Positions 10,070-20,178 of a stretch of 64,000 nt of DNA are shown here, one piece after another. How positions within the stretch are numbered: the stretch's first letter is position 1; each line of letters opens with the position of its first letter. A program made the translations under genes and the position numbers. The stretch comes from an uncultured Acidobacteriota bacterium (GTDB lineage: Bacteria; Acidobacteriota; UBA6911). Location of the stretch: contig CAWHCF010000052.1 of NCBI GenBank assembly GCA_963827655.1, positions 96,001 to 160,000 of the forward strand, in the 5' to 3' direction. Below the pieces are notes generated by a model, which was given only the letters and a program-made list of their open reading frames with translations, ran no database searches and was not told the DNA's origin.

Positions 10070-10527
10070 GGGCTCAGCTCGGCGGCCTCGGCGCGGGTCG
10101 CCGTGGCGCAGAGCGCGAGAACCGAAAGGCGGAAGACAAGCCGGTCAGTTGCCATGAAGTTCAGAACCGAGCACGCTGCAACCGCGATCAGGGTCGCGGC
10201 CAGGTAGTGGAGCCGCAAGCCTCCGACCAGCGCTGCCATCGCGGCCAGGTTGCCGCCAATCGACACCGCGCCGGTTGTCAGGTTGAAGCGAGCGAGCCGG
10301 CCCATCCATCCCGAGGGGTTAGGCCGGGTCCGGTCGCTCCAGGTCCAGCGCTCGTGCCAGAAGAAGTTGTGGAGGATCGCTCCTTCGACCGCGAGCGCCG
10401 TGGCCAGCAGGTAGTTGAAGCCGCCGACCGCCATCAACAGCCAGAGCAGTGCTGCCTGGACGCCAAGTCCGAGCGCACCAACCACATTGAATGCGCCCAA
10501 GCGCGTCATCGTCCGGTAATGCGTCAT
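10066..10527 (-). CDS. GtrA family membrane protein (putative lipid-linked flippase)
   Basis: FNVVGALGLGVQ, LHNFFWHERWTW, RLARFN, VLNF..DRLVF; four hydrophobic segments. Confidence 0.85.
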   Translation of the reverse strand: MTHYRTMTRLGAFNVVGALGLGVQAALLWLLMAVGGFNYLLATALAVEGAILHNFFWHERWTWSDRTRPNPSGWMGRLARFNLTTGAVSIGGNLAAMAALVGGLRLHYLAATLIAVAACSVLNFMATDRLVFRLSVLALCATATRAEAAELSP

Positions 10528-11204
10528 GGCTGCAGCCGTTCCTCGTGGTAAAGCGCTCGCGCGTTTCGAACCGCCGAGACAGTGAGCGCAATCATAAGGC
10601 CCGCGATCGCGACCACACCACCGATGTCGAACAAGCGGAAGGGACCGTACGAGCCCAGCCGGACCAGCGGGCGATAGAGCAGATAAAGGGTGCCGATGGC
10701 GAGGGTAATGCGCAGCTCAGTCGGGCCGAAGCCGAACGACGAGAGCCGGAAGATGCCGCGCGCGTATGTGGCGAGGAACGACTCGGCCATGACCATCAGA
10801 TAGGCGACCAGCAGTCCGAGAGCAACCAGCGGATTCATGTAACCCGAGAGAGCCAGTCCGCCGAACAGAAAAAGCGCGCTGAGGCTGTCGACGACGTGGT
10901 CGACGTAGAACCCGTAGCGGGGACGTTCGCGCTTACGGACGCGGGCGACGGTGCCGTCCAGGCTATCGCCGAACCAGTTGAGCGCCAGGCTGGCAACAAC
11001 CAGAATGAGGGCGCCCTCGTGATACCGCGATGCCCAGTAGGCGCCCCCGGCCAGGAGCATCGCGACCAGACCAAGCGCCGTCAGATGGTCGGGCCCAATC
11101 CAGCCGGGCAGGCGCTCGGCCATCCAAACGAGGGCAAGTTTCTCACTGCGAGCGAGCAGGCTGCGGTGCTCGCGGACATGGTGGGTGATCGACAGGGTGT
11201 TCAT
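10524..11204 (-). CDS. CDP-alcohol phosphatidyltransferase family protein
   Basis: PDHLT and DSLDGTVARVRKRERPRYGFYVDHVVD (DxxDGxxAR..GxxxDxxxD signature); ATG at 11204 after GGAGG. Confidence 0.92.
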   Translation of the reverse strand: MNTLSITHHVREHRSLLARSEKLALVWMAERLPGWIGPDHLTALGLVAMLLAGGAYWASRYHEGALILVVASLALNWFGDSLDGTVARVRKRERPRYGFYVDHVVDSLSALFLFGGLALSGYMNPLVALGLLVAYLMVMAESFLATYARGIFRLSSFGFGPTELRITLAIGTLYLLYRPLVRLGSYGPFRLFDIGGVVAIAGLMIALTVSAVRNARALYHEERLQP

Positions 11205-11377
11205 TCTTTTTCCTCCAGCCAGGGTCCATGCAATTGTGGGATCAGTTCGGATCCGCGGCTGGAAGATACGCGCATTCAAGCAGAAGCGCCGCGCCCGTTC
11301 CGGCCGTCCGGCCTCAGCGGCGACCATCTTCCTGGCATCTGGCGAAAGTCCTGGCACTCCTGCGAGTGATTCTTAAC

Positions 11378-11443
11378 GTCTTCGTATCTTGGTGGTTAGC
11401 GCTCCCGAACAAATATCACTTAAGGCGCGAAGGCGCGAAGGGG
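11378..11443. repeat. 9-mer REP-like hairpin element, copy A
   Basis: GTCTTCGTATCTTG-GTGGTTAGCGCTCCCGAACAAATATCAC-..GGCGCGAAGGCGCGAAG; shares its core with copies at 14636, 36566 and 42088. Confidence 0.6.
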
Positions 11444-11461
11444 TAAAATCATTGCGTTGCC

Positions 11462-12389
11462 ATGGTCGAAGCCAAAGAATCTTCGAATCCTTTCACGATC
11501 CTGACCGGCGATCCCGGTGTGCGAAACGTTCGCCGGCCACGCCCGGACTGGCTCAAGGTGCGCCTGCCAGGGAGCGAGGGCTATTTCAATCTGAAGCATC
11601 TCGTGCGTGACGCACCGACTCAATACGGTGTGCGAGGATGCCAGATGCCCCAACATTGGAGAGTGCTGGGGAGCCGGCACGGCAACTTTCATGATTCTCG
11701 GCGATGTGTGCACGCGCGCCTGCAAGTTTTGCGCGGTTAAGACCGGCCTCCCAACCGGCTACGATCTCGACGAGCCTCGAAGGGTAGCCGTGGCGCTTCA
11801 GAAACTCGGTCTCAAGTACGCCGTCATAACCTCGGTCGATCGCGACGATCTGGAGGACGGGGGGGCCTACATTTTTGCCGAGACCATCCGCCAGACCCGG
11901 GCGGCCTGCCATGGAATCAGAATCGAGGTTCTGATTCCCGATTTCAAGGGTGACCGAAGCGCCCTTCGCACCGTCGTCGCCGCCCGGCCGGACGTTCTGG
12001 CTCACAACATCGAGACTGTGGCCAGGCTCTATCCAGTCGCGCGCGCCGGGTCGCGCTACAAGCGTTCACTCGAGCATCTATCGAATGCCAAGTCCTTCGG
12101 GTTCGAGGTCACGACCAAGTCAAGCATCATGGTCGGACTGGGCGAGAGAACCGACGAGCTTCTGGAGGTAATGAACGATCTTCGGGAATCTCGCGTCGAC
12201 ATTCTGACCCTGGGACAATACCTGCAGCCGACCAGGGAGCACCTTCCGGTAGACCGCTTTTATACACCGCAAGAATTCGCCGATTTTCGCGACTACGGAC
12301 TGTCACTCGGCTTTCGGCACGTTGAAGCCGGGCCGCTGGTACGCTCGTCATACCACGCGGAGAAGCAGGCGCAATCGACCGCGATTTGA
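11462..12389 (+). CDS. lipA: Lipoyl synthase (split by a +1 frameshift near 11610)
   Basis: RPDWLKVRLP in the first frame; CEDARCPNIGEC, CTRACKFC and VRSSY in the second frame. Confidence 0.93.
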
Positions 12390-12398
12390 CCCTGGGTG

Positions 12399-12440
12399 TT
12401 CAATCGTAAATCGTCAATCGTAAATCGTAAATCGTCAATT
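12399..12440 (+). repeat. Heptamer tandem repeat (GT[A/C]AATC)x6
   Basis: TTCAATC GTAAATC GTCAATC GTAAATC GTAAATC GTCAATT; same unit as the array at 18905. Confidence 0.9.
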
Positions 12441-12484
12441 GGCTGCCCGCTGTGCTATCATGCCGGCATCGACTCCCGATGCGT

Positions 12485-13789
12485 ATGAGCCCATCAGCCC
12501 GAATCGCGTTTCTTGTTTCGGTACTGGTGTTTCCTGCCGTCCGGCCTGCCTGGTCAAAAATTGCTCGCATCGATCTGAACCGTGCGATCGACCCCATCAC
12601 GGCTGAGTTCGTGGTGAATAGTATCGAGCGGGCTGAACGCGAATCCGCTGAATTCCTCATGATCCGAATTGAAACTCCCGGCGGGTTCGCGAGCTCCATG
12701 GAACAGATCATCAGCCGCATGTTGAGCAGCAGAGTCCCGGTTGTGGTTTATGTCACCCCGAGCGGAGCCAAGGCAGCCTCGGCAGGTTTCTTCATCCTGC
12801 TCGCGGCCGACGTAGCCGCGATGGCGCCTGGCACGAACACGGGAGCCGCCCATCCTTTGATGGCCATCGGCGGTTTTCCCGTGGACGGCGGAGAAGCGGG
12901 AAAGACTTTGAAAGACAAGATCACGAGCAATGCCACGGCCTTCTTGCGCAGCATCGCGAGCAAGCGGAATCGGAACGTCGTCGAGGCGGAGAAGGGAGTA
13001 ATCGAAAGCAAATCGTTTACCGATGGGGAGGCGCTCGAGAAGAACCTGATTGATCTGGTGGCGAAGGACGAATCGGAGCTCTTGAGCCGGCTCCAGGGCT
13101 ACAAAACTCGAATGTTTTCGGGAGAGGAACGAATCCTCAACCCGGCCGGCCAGGCAGTTACCGATTACGACATGACCGCCCGGCAAAAGTTCTTATCAAC
13201 GATTTCACAGCCAAATCTGGCTTTGCTCCTCGGGCTGGCCGGGTTGATTCTTCTTTACTTCGAGTTCTCGAATCCGGGTTTCGTGGCTCCGGGGGTAATT
13301 GGAGGCATCTGCCTGCTTCTCTCCATTCTCGGTTTTTCTTTTCTGCCCATTAACTATGTAGGCGTGCTGTTGATCCTGTTCGCCATCGCGCTCTTTGTCG
13401 CGGAAGTCAAGGTACAAGGCTTCGGGGTCCTGGGTTTTGGCGGAATCATTTCGCTGGTGATCGGGATCCTCATTCTCATCGACACCCCCGATCCTGCGGT
13501 CCGCATCGGTCCCAAGACCGCGATCTTAGCGGCATTGCCGTTCGCGGTAATTTTCACCATCCTTCTGGTCGCTCTACTTAAATCGTTCAAGCAAAGAGTG
13601 AGCACCGGAAACGAGGGGATGGTCGGGCTGACAGGGATCGCCGACAACGATATTGACGCCAAAGGCCGGGTGCGGATCCGGGGTGAATACTGGTCGGCCC
13701 GCGCCGATGCTCCAATTCCAGCGGGAAGGCCCGTAAGGGTGGTCGGCGTCGACAACCTGACTCTGCGGGTCGAGGAAGTTCGGAACTAA
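12485..13789 (+). CDS. nfeD: NfeD family membrane-bound ClpP-class serine protease
   Basis: ETPGG, AASAG, MAPGTNTGAAHP, TM bundle, C-terminal OB fold GEYWSA; adjacent to an SPFH gene. Confidence 0.93.
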   Translation: MSPSARIAFLVSVLVFPAVRPAWSKIARIDLNRAIDPITAEFVVNSIERAERESAEFLMIRIETPGGFASSMEQIISRMLSSRVPVVVYVTPSGAKAASAGFFILLAADVAAMAPGTNTGAAHPLMAIGGFPVDGGEAGKTLKDKITSNATAFLRSIASKRNRNVVEAEKGVIESKSFTDGEALEKNLIDLVAKDESELLSRLQGYKTRMFSGEERILNPAGQAVTDYDMTARQKFLSTISQPNLALLLGLAGLILLYFEFSNPGFVAPGVIGGICLLLSILGFSFLPINYVGVLLILFAIALFVAEVKVQGFGVLGFGGIISLVIGILILIDTPDPAVRIGPKTAILAALPFAVIFTILLVALLKSFKQRVSTGNEGMVGLTGIADNDIDAKGRVRIRGEYWSARADAPIPAGRPVRVVGVDNLTLRVEEVRN

Positions 13790-13837
13790 CCGCAACATCA
13801 AAACCCTTCTACGTGCTCTTCTGGGGGAGAGTGGTTC

Positions 13838-14599
13838 ATGGAAAACAATCTGTTTCTCTATCTCGGCTTGGGAATCGTTCTGTTTTACCTGTTGAGCACG
13901 GTCAATATCCTCAAAGAATACGAGCGAGGTGTTGTCTTCAGGCTGGGCCGTCTTCAGCCGCAGGCATCGGGACCGGGCGTGGTTTTTATCTTCTGGCCGG
14001 TTTACAAAATGGTTCGCGTCAGCTTGCGCACGATCACGTTGGAGGTTCCGCCCCAGGACGTTATCACGCGCGACAATGTTTCGGTTAAGGTTAACGCCAT
14101 TGTCTATTTTCGCGTCATGAATGCCCCTCGCGCCGTTGTTGAGGTTGAGAACTATCTCTATGCTACCTCGCAGCTCGCCCAAACTACGCTGCGATCTGTT
14201 TTAGGGGAGGTCGAGCTTGACGATCTCCTGAGCCGCCGCGAAACCTTGAACGTTAAACTGCAGGAAATTCTGGACCAGCAGACCGACGCCTGGGGGATCA
14301 AGGTGAGTCTGGTCGAGGTAAAGCAGGTGGATCTGCCACAGGAGATGCAGCGCGCCATGGCCAAACAAGCTGAAGCCGAGCGCGAGAGGCGCGCCAAGAT
14401 CATCCATGCCGAGGGGGAGTCTCAGGCCGCGGCAAAACTCGCGGAGGCAGCTGCCGTTATGTCAAAAGAACCGATTGCCATACAGCTCCGCTATCTGCAA
14501 ACCCTGACCGAGATCGGAGTCGAGCAAAACACGACCGTGATTTTCCCGATTCCGATTGACGTGATTCGCGTCTGGCTGCAGGGGAAGTCTCAGGGCTGA
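13838..14599 (+). CDS. SPFH/Band 7 (slipin, stomatin-like) protein
   Basis: [50 protein letters not shown]. Confidence 0.95.
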   Translation: MENNLFLYLGLGIVLFYLLSTVNILKEYERGVVFRLGRLQPQASGPGVVFIFWPVYKMVRVSLRTITLEVPPQDVITRDNVSVKVNAIVYFRVMNAPRAVVEVENYLYATSQLAQTTLRSVLGEVELDDLLSRRETLNVKLQEILDQQTDAWGIKVSLVEVKQVDLPQEMQRAMAKQAEAERERRAKIIHAEGESQAAAKLAEAAAVMSKEPIAIQLRYLQTLTEIGVEQNTTVIFPIPIDVIRVWLQGKSQG

Positions 14600-14635
14600 A
14601 TTCCATCGCGTCGGTTCTTGAGTTGAAAGTGTTTT

Positions 14636-14718
14636 TAGTGTTCTTCGCGTCATCGTGTCTTCGTGGTTAGCGCTGCGGAACAAATACCACGAAGACACGA
14701 AGACACAAAGAAACACTA
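14636..14718. repeat. 9-mer REP-like hairpin element, copy B (best preserved)
   Basis: Arms of GTGTCTTCG and CGAAGACAC units around the loop TAGCGCTGCGGAACAAAT. Confidence 0.8.
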
Positions 14719-14756
14719 GGAATCTTGAGTTGCCCCGGATATGATATTATCTCGCC

Positions 14757-15434
14757 ATGGATCGACAACCGGTGGAGCCTGGCTTCGAGTTCGTCCTCGA
14801 CAATCGCAAGCTGATTGTTATCTTTGCCCTGCTCATGGCGGTTTGCGCCGGTTTTTTCGTTTTCGGATTCGTCGAAGGCAAGCGCCAGGCAGTCCAATCC
14901 GAGGTTCCGAAAGCGCCTCCTGCGCCATCTAGTGTCGAGACGCCCCCGGCCCCGGCTTCCGCCGAGGGGAATAAAGTTCCCTCAAATCCCGCTCCGGCTG
15001 CCGCGGAACCTCCGATTCGCGACCAGCTGGAATGGTATAAAAACGTCAAAGATCGTCCGGAATCCGCTGCCAAGCGGAAGGAATCCCCGGCCCGCGCCAA
15101 GGCCGCGAAGAAAGGCGAACCCACAAGCACGACCGGCGCTGCCAAGCCTGAAACCAAGACTTCGCTTCCTGCGGACTCGAGCGTCGGACTTCCGCCGGCC
15201 AACAAGGCGACCTATTCAGTTCAGGTGGCTGCCTACCGGAACCGGCGAGATGCCGAGGCCCGGGCCGCGGTGTTGAAGTCCAAGGGTTACGAATTCACCA
15301 TCGAGCCCTCGAGTACCCAGGAGCTCTACCAGGTGAAGGTCGGACGATTCGACTCCCGAGCCGAAGCGGCTGACATGGAACTCAAATTAAAGCGCGACGG
15401 GTTCAGCACACTCATCAAGAAGACCAATCCCTAG
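14757..15434 (+). CDS. SPOR domain-containing protein (DedD/FtsN-like)
   Basis: N-terminal TM helix, Pro/Ala linker, C-terminal YSVQVAAY..YQVKVGRF SPOR domain. Confidence 0.88.
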   Translation: MDRQPVEPGFEFVLDNRKLIVIFALLMAVCAGFFVFGFVEGKRQAVQSEVPKAPPAPSSVETPPAPASAEGNKVPSNPAPAAAEPPIRDQLEWYKNVKDRPESAAKRKESPARAKAAKKGEPTSTTGAAKPETKTSLPADSSVGLPPANKATYSVQVAAYRNRRDAEARAAVLKSKGYEFTIEPSSTQELYQVKVGRFDSRAEAADMELKLKRDGFSTLIKKTNP

Positions 15435-15435
15435 C

Positions 15436-16962
15436 GTGCCGATCCCAGCGTTCAAGCTGCTCTGGCTGCCCGCAGTATCGGGCCTTCTCCTGTTTTGCTC
15501 CTTTCCCACGATCAACCAGGGCTACCTGGCATGGGTAGGCCTGGTTCCTCTGGTTATTTACCTTTTCTTTTCCAGCGGGCCTGGACCGGCGTTCCTGGGT
15601 GGTTTCATCACCGGCAGCGTCCAGTTTTTCGGCTTGCTGATCTGGATACCGGCGGTGCTGGCGCAGTACGGCGGAATTCCCGTAGTTCTTGCCTGGGTCC
15701 TTTACGGGTTGCTGGTGGCGATGCAGGCGTGCTACGCCGGAATCGCGTGCGCTTTGACCCGCGTCTGCATGAAGCGTACCGGTGATGTCTTTCTGCTTGC
15801 TTTTCCGGCGGCGTGGGTAGCGCTGGAATACGTTAGAAACTTCGTTATCTTCGAAGGTTTCCCCTGGCTCCAGGTCGGATATTCCCAGACCGAGTACCTG
15901 CCGCTCATCCAGATCTCGGATCTCACCGGGGTCTATGGCGTCTCGTTCGTGATCTTGTGGATAAACACAGGCATCGCCTGGACCATTCTGAGATTCGGAA
16001 GAAAAAATGCTTTCGTACCGATCGTCGCGGGCGCCATGCTCGTTGCAGGAACCATCGCGTACGGACATCAGGCGCAGGGCCACTGGGTAAACTCGACCCC
16101 CGTCGCCCGGGCCGCCCTGCTTCAGGGAAACCTCTCTTTCGAGGAGCCGGACAACGTCCTGGCCTGGAAATTCCAGCACGGCTACGCAAAGATGGCAGCC
16201 CAGGTCTCGGCTTCGAAGGTGGACCTGCTGGTAATTCCCGAATCCCCCTCGCCTTTAACCTACCAGTATGATACTGCGTATCGTCAGACCATCCAGGATC
16301 TTGCCCGCCAGTTCCGCTATGGAGTGATTTTCAACAACATCAGTTTCGCCGATGGGCAAAGCGCGACGCGCTACTTCAACAGCGCTTATTTCCTCGATGG
16401 ACAGGGAAGAGAAGCGGGACGTTACGACAAGATTCACCTGGTCCCTTTTGGCGAATACATTCCGTGGTCACGGATTTTCTTCTTCGCCGAGTCCGTAACC
16501 AAAGACGTGAGCGCCTTCACTCCCGGAACTAACTATCGAATTGTCCACATGGGCGGGCACCCGGTGAATGCCGTGATCTGCTTCGAGATCGTTTTCCCCA
16601 ATCTGGTCCGGGAGTTCATCCGGCAAGGGAGCGAACTGATTGTGAACCTGACAAACGACGGCTGGTACGGGGACACTGCCGCCCCCCACCAGCATCTGGC
16701 TATGTCGCGCTGGCGGGCGGTCGAGAATCGTCGCTACCTGATTCGAGCGGCCAACACGGGCATCTCCGCCGTCGTGGAACCCACCGGACGCATTCAGGTC
16801 AGGACGGCGATCTTGCGCGAAGAGGTGTGCGTCGGGAATTTCGCCTTTATAGCGGAGCCGACCTTCTACTCCCGTCACGGCGACTTATTCGCAATCGGGT
16901 GTGCTATCATTATGTGTCTTTTGCTGGCCCTGGGGTTCCGGCCCCGGAGGAGTAAACTCTGA
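15436..16962 (+). CDS. lnt: Apolipoprotein N-acyltransferase
   Basis: GFPW, LQGN, PES, YDKIHLVPFGEY, ICFE, NDGW, RAVENRR, RAANTGIS. Confidence 0.96.
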   Translation: MPIPAFKLLWLPAVSGLLLFCSFPTINQGYLAWVGLVPLVIYLFFSSGPGPAFLGGFITGSVQFFGLLIWIPAVLAQYGGIPVVLAWVLYGLLVAMQACYAGIACALTRVCMKRTGDVFLLAFPAAWVALEYVRNFVIFEGFPWLQVGYSQTEYLPLIQISDLTGVYGVSFVILWINTGIAWTILRFGRKNAFVPIVAGAMLVAGTIAYGHQAQGHWVNSTPVARAALLQGNLSFEEPDNVLAWKFQHGYAKMAAQVSASKVDLLVIPESPSPLTYQYDTAYRQTIQDLARQFRYGVIFNNISFADGQSATRYFNSAYFLDGQGREAGRYDKIHLVPFGEYIPWSRIFFFAESVTKDVSAFTPGTNYRIVHMGGHPVNAVICFEIVFPNLVREFIRQGSELIVNLTNDGWYGDTAAPHQHLAMSRWRAVENRRYLIRAANTGISAVVEPTGRIQVRTAILREEVCVGNFAFIAEPTFYSRHGDLFAIGCAIIMCLLLALGFRPRRSKL

Positions 16963-16990
16963 GCAAAAAAGAAACCCACAGGAGGACAGG

Positions 16991-18110
16991 ATGCTCGAGG
17001 AATTGCGCGACAAGGTTAATGCCATCGATGAAAAAATAGAACAGATTCGAGGTTATCTTTGATGCGGAGCACAAGCGCGGCGAGATCCTTGAGCTCGAAA
17101 AACAGGTGGCAAGACCGGAATTCTGGGACAACCAGGAAGAGGCGCAGGCAACACTGCAGAATCGGCGGCGGCTCGAGGAGGACGTGGAACTAGACACCAA
17201 ACTGGCGCGCGACATTTCCGACCTTCACGCCCTTGTCGAACTGGCGGTGGAAGGTGAAGATGTCCTTAACGACCTTGCCGTCGAAGTGGATCGGCTGGAG
17301 AAAGAAGCCCAGCACACCGAGATCCGGATCTTGCTGGCCGGTGAGCACGATCGCTCCAATGCCATCATTACCATACATCCCGGCGCCGGCGGAACCGAAT
17401 CCCAGGATTGGGCCGAAATGCTGGTGCGTATGTACCTGAGGTGGGCGGAGCGGTCGGGATACGTCACCGAAATGTTCGACTACCAGTATGGAGACGAAGC
17501 CGGTATCAAATCGGTGACCTTTCTCGTGAAAGGAGAGCTTGCCTACGGCAACCTGACGGCGGAGAGCGGCGTGCACCGCCTGGTCAGGATTTCCCCGTTT
17601 GATGCCGCTGCGCGTCGCCACACGAGCTTCGCTTCAGTCTTCGTATATCCCGAAATTGACGACAAGATCGACGTGCAGATCGAAGAGAAAGACCTGCGTA
17701 TCGATACTTATCGATCTTCCGGCGCGGGGGGCCAGCATGTGAATGTCACCGACTCGGCGGTTCGAATCACTCACATTCCCACCGGGATCGTGGTCCACTG
17801 TCAGAACGAGCGGTCTCAGATCCGCAATAGGGAAATGGCCCGCAAGATTCTGCGCGCCCGGCTCTACGATCTGGAGCTGGAAAAGAAACGCCAGCAATTG
17901 CAGGAGGTCGAGGACACGAAACTCGATATCGCATGGGGAAGTCAGATTCGATCCTATGTGCTGCATCCATATCGAATGGTTAAAGATCATCGCACGAAGT
18001 ACGAGACCTCCGACACTGACCGGGTCCTCGACGGCGAGATCGACGAATTCATTTATCAGTACCTGGTCCATCGCGGCGTCAAGAAGCGCAACGGCGGAGG
18101 CAGGGCTTAG
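16991..18110 (+). CDS. prfB: Peptide chain release factor 2 (programmed +1 frameshift at 17057-17062)
   Basis: ATG 16991 after AGGAGG; MLEEL..IRGYL then CTT TGA; the +1 frame continues into the SPF and GGQ motifs. Confidence 0.97.
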
Positions 18111-18175
18111 CGATTTCGGTCTGCGTGGTGGCTGTCGTTAATCTATAAGGACACGAAGCCGCAAAGAAACACAAA

Positions 18176-18898
18176 ATGGAATCGAGAGAATTGTCCAGCT
18201 TGAAGCACCAGGCCGTCCCGATGCGCGGCGAGCAAGGGTTTTGGGGTCTGTCGCACATTTCTCGAGTTCAAGCCCGCGTCTATATGGCCCTCCTTGTGGT
18301 CGTGGTCGTCATAGGCCTCCCACTGCTCGGGATCCCTTCGCTTCGCCATCGGCTCTACACGCGGATCCACGCGCTTTATGAAGCCACCGGCCCTCTCGCG
18401 TCGCCGCCGATCTGGGCAAAAGTCGGAGAGAACCGTCACCCGTTCCCCGCGGAGTTCGAGCGTCCGGTGGTGACCCGCTCACCGTCAGCGTTACCGGGAA
18501 TGATTGATCTCACTAACAGGGTCTACCGCCCACCAGTAACCTCTTCACCGCCCGACGCCTCCAGCACGCCTGCTCCCGAATCCCAGAGTTTGCCTGAAAC
18601 CAGCGTCAGCGACGACCAGGCTCCGCCTGAATTCAGGCAGGGAAAGATCGAGCAGGAGGCCTACGACATTCTTGTGCGCTCGAGCGAAACTATTGCCGCA
18701 ATGGTGAAAGGGGGCAATCCGTCGCTGCGCTTCAAGGCCTGGTCCGCCGCGAAAAGAAGCTCAGACGCCTTTCTCGTGGACCTCACATTTACACAACTCG
18801 CAGACAACAAAGAGGTCCATTATATTTGGGAAGTGAAGATGTCTTCCAAAGAAGTGAAGCCCGAGAGTTACAATGCGCGCGCCCTGGCGCGGCCCTAA
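18176..18898 (+). CDS. Hypothetical membrane-anchored protein
   Basis: 240-aa ORF with one TM segment, a Pro/Ser linker and a globular C-terminus; fills the gap in operon orientation. Confidence 0.7.
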   Translation: MESRELSSLKHQAVPMRGEQGFWGLSHISRVQARVYMALLVVVVVIGLPLLGIPSLRHRLYTRIHALYEATGPLASPPIWAKVGENRHPFPAEFERPVVTRSPSALPGMIDLTNRVYRPPVTSSPPDASSTPAPESQSLPETSVSDDQAPPEFRQGKIEQEAYDILVRSSETIAAMVKGGNPSLRFKAWSAAKRSSDAFLVDLTFTQLADNKEVHYIWEVKMSSKEVKPESYNARALARP

Positions 18899-18904
18899 CC
18901 TTTA

Positions 18905-18990
18905 GATTGACGATTTACGATTGACGATTGACGATTTACAATTGAATCCGTGAGGTTCAATCGTCAATCGTCAATCGTAAATCGTCAATC
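18905..18990. repeat. Inverted heptamer array hairpin (GATT[G/T]AC)x6 / (GT[C/A]AATC)x5
   Basis: Direct reading; the variant order of the four outer units is mirrored across the TCCGTGAGG loop. Confidence 0.9.
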
Positions 18991-18994
18991 GCAC

Positions 18995-20035
18995 ATGATG
19001 GCGCAAACCGCTCTGGTCCTTGGCGGGTCCGGCTACGTGGGAAACGTCCTGGTGGACGAACTCATGCAGCACGGCACCCGATGCATTAACGCCGACCTCG
19101 TCCCGCCTCATGAAAAGCTCTGTCTCTACGAACGGGTCGATATCCGCAACTCGAACGAAATCCGAAACCTTCTGAAGAAGCATCGGCCGGACCTCGTGGT
19201 CAACTCGACCGCAGCGGTCCCTCTGGTCCGCTCAGAAAAACTCTTTGAAGAAATCAACGTTCACGGAGTCCGAACGCTGCTGCAGGAATGTCTTGAAGCG
19301 CGCATTCCGAAATGTATTCACATTTCAACCTGCGGAATCTTTGGCATTCCCCGCAGGGTACCGATTACAGAGCAAAGCCCGCCTACCCCAGTCGAGGGGT
19401 ACGGCCGCAGCAAAACGAAGGGCGAAGCTGTGGTTCGTGAGTTCGTGGAACGTGGATTGGATATCACGATTCTTCGCCCGCGCAGCATGATGGGTTATCG
19501 CCGGCTGGGAATTTTCCACGTCGCCTTCGAATTGATGCGGTGCGGAAGGACCATGTGGACCTTCGGCCCAGGTTCGAACAGGATCCAGTTCCTGCATGTG
19601 CGCGACTTTGTGCGTGCCGTGCGGCTGGCGAGCCAGCGCCCGGGGGCGGGCCTTTATAATATCGGCGCCGAGAGGTTCGGTACTTTGAAAGAGGACCTTC
19701 AGCAGCTGGCCGAAGCCGCGGCGACGGGTTCCAGAGTGAGCGCCTGTCCTCGCTGGCTGGCCCTTGGCGTCATGAAAGCGCTGGCCGCGCTTCGCCTGTC
19801 GCCCGTCGTTCCTTACCAGTTCCTGCTATACGCCCATGACATCTACTTCGACGTGGAGCTCGCGAAGAAAGAATTAGGGTGGTCGAGCAAGTACTCAAAC
19901 GCAGAAATGATGATTGAATCATACCGCTGGTACGTCGATCACCACCACGAACTGCATCAGGACACCGATCCATCCGTGCAGCGCGTTCCTTTGAAGCTTG
20001 GGATGCTGAAGTTACTGAAATACCTTCCGATCTGA
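18995..20035 (+). CDS. NAD-dependent epimerase/dehydratase (extended SDR)
   Basis: GGSGYVG, ISTCG, YGRSK, LHVRD. Confidence 0.9.
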   Translation: MMAQTALVLGGSGYVGNVLVDELMQHGTRCINADLVPPHEKLCLYERVDIRNSNEIRNLLKKHRPDLVVNSTAAVPLVRSEKLFEEINVHGVRTLLQECLEARIPKCIHISTCGIFGIPRRVPITEQSPPTPVEGYGRSKTKGEAVVREFVERGLDITILRPRSMMGYRRLGIFHVAFELMRCGRTMWTFGPGSNRIQFLHVRDFVRAVRLASQRPGAGLYNIGAERFGTLKEDLQQLAEAAATGSRVSACPRWLALGVMKALAALRLSPVVPYQFLLYAHDIYFDVELAKKELGWSSKYSNAEMMIESYRWYVDHHHELHQDTDPSVQRVPLKLGMLKLLKYLPI

Positions 20036-20037
20036 AT

Positions 20038-20111
20038 TAGGATCTAGGATCTAGGATTCAGGATCCAGGATCCAGCTAGACTAAATCCTAAATCCTAAAT
20101 CCTAAATCCTG
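20038..20111. repeat. Imperfect inverted heptamer array ([T/C]AGGAT[C/T])x5 / (TAAATCC)x4
   Basis: Direct reading, immediately after the SDR stop codon. Confidence 0.85.
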
Positions 20112-20178
20112 CCTGCGTTGACTCCCTTAGTCGCGGCTCCTATACTGCATGAGACACTAGCACGCAGTCGGAGGGAAA

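Noticed and set aside
11600-11620. Programmed frameshift in lipA
   Set aside because: No slippery sequence or stimulator; one of several similar indels in the window.
18905-18990. Heptamer and nonamer arrays as CRISPR
   Set aside because: Units are 7-9 bp, contiguous, without unique spacers; no cas genes in the window.
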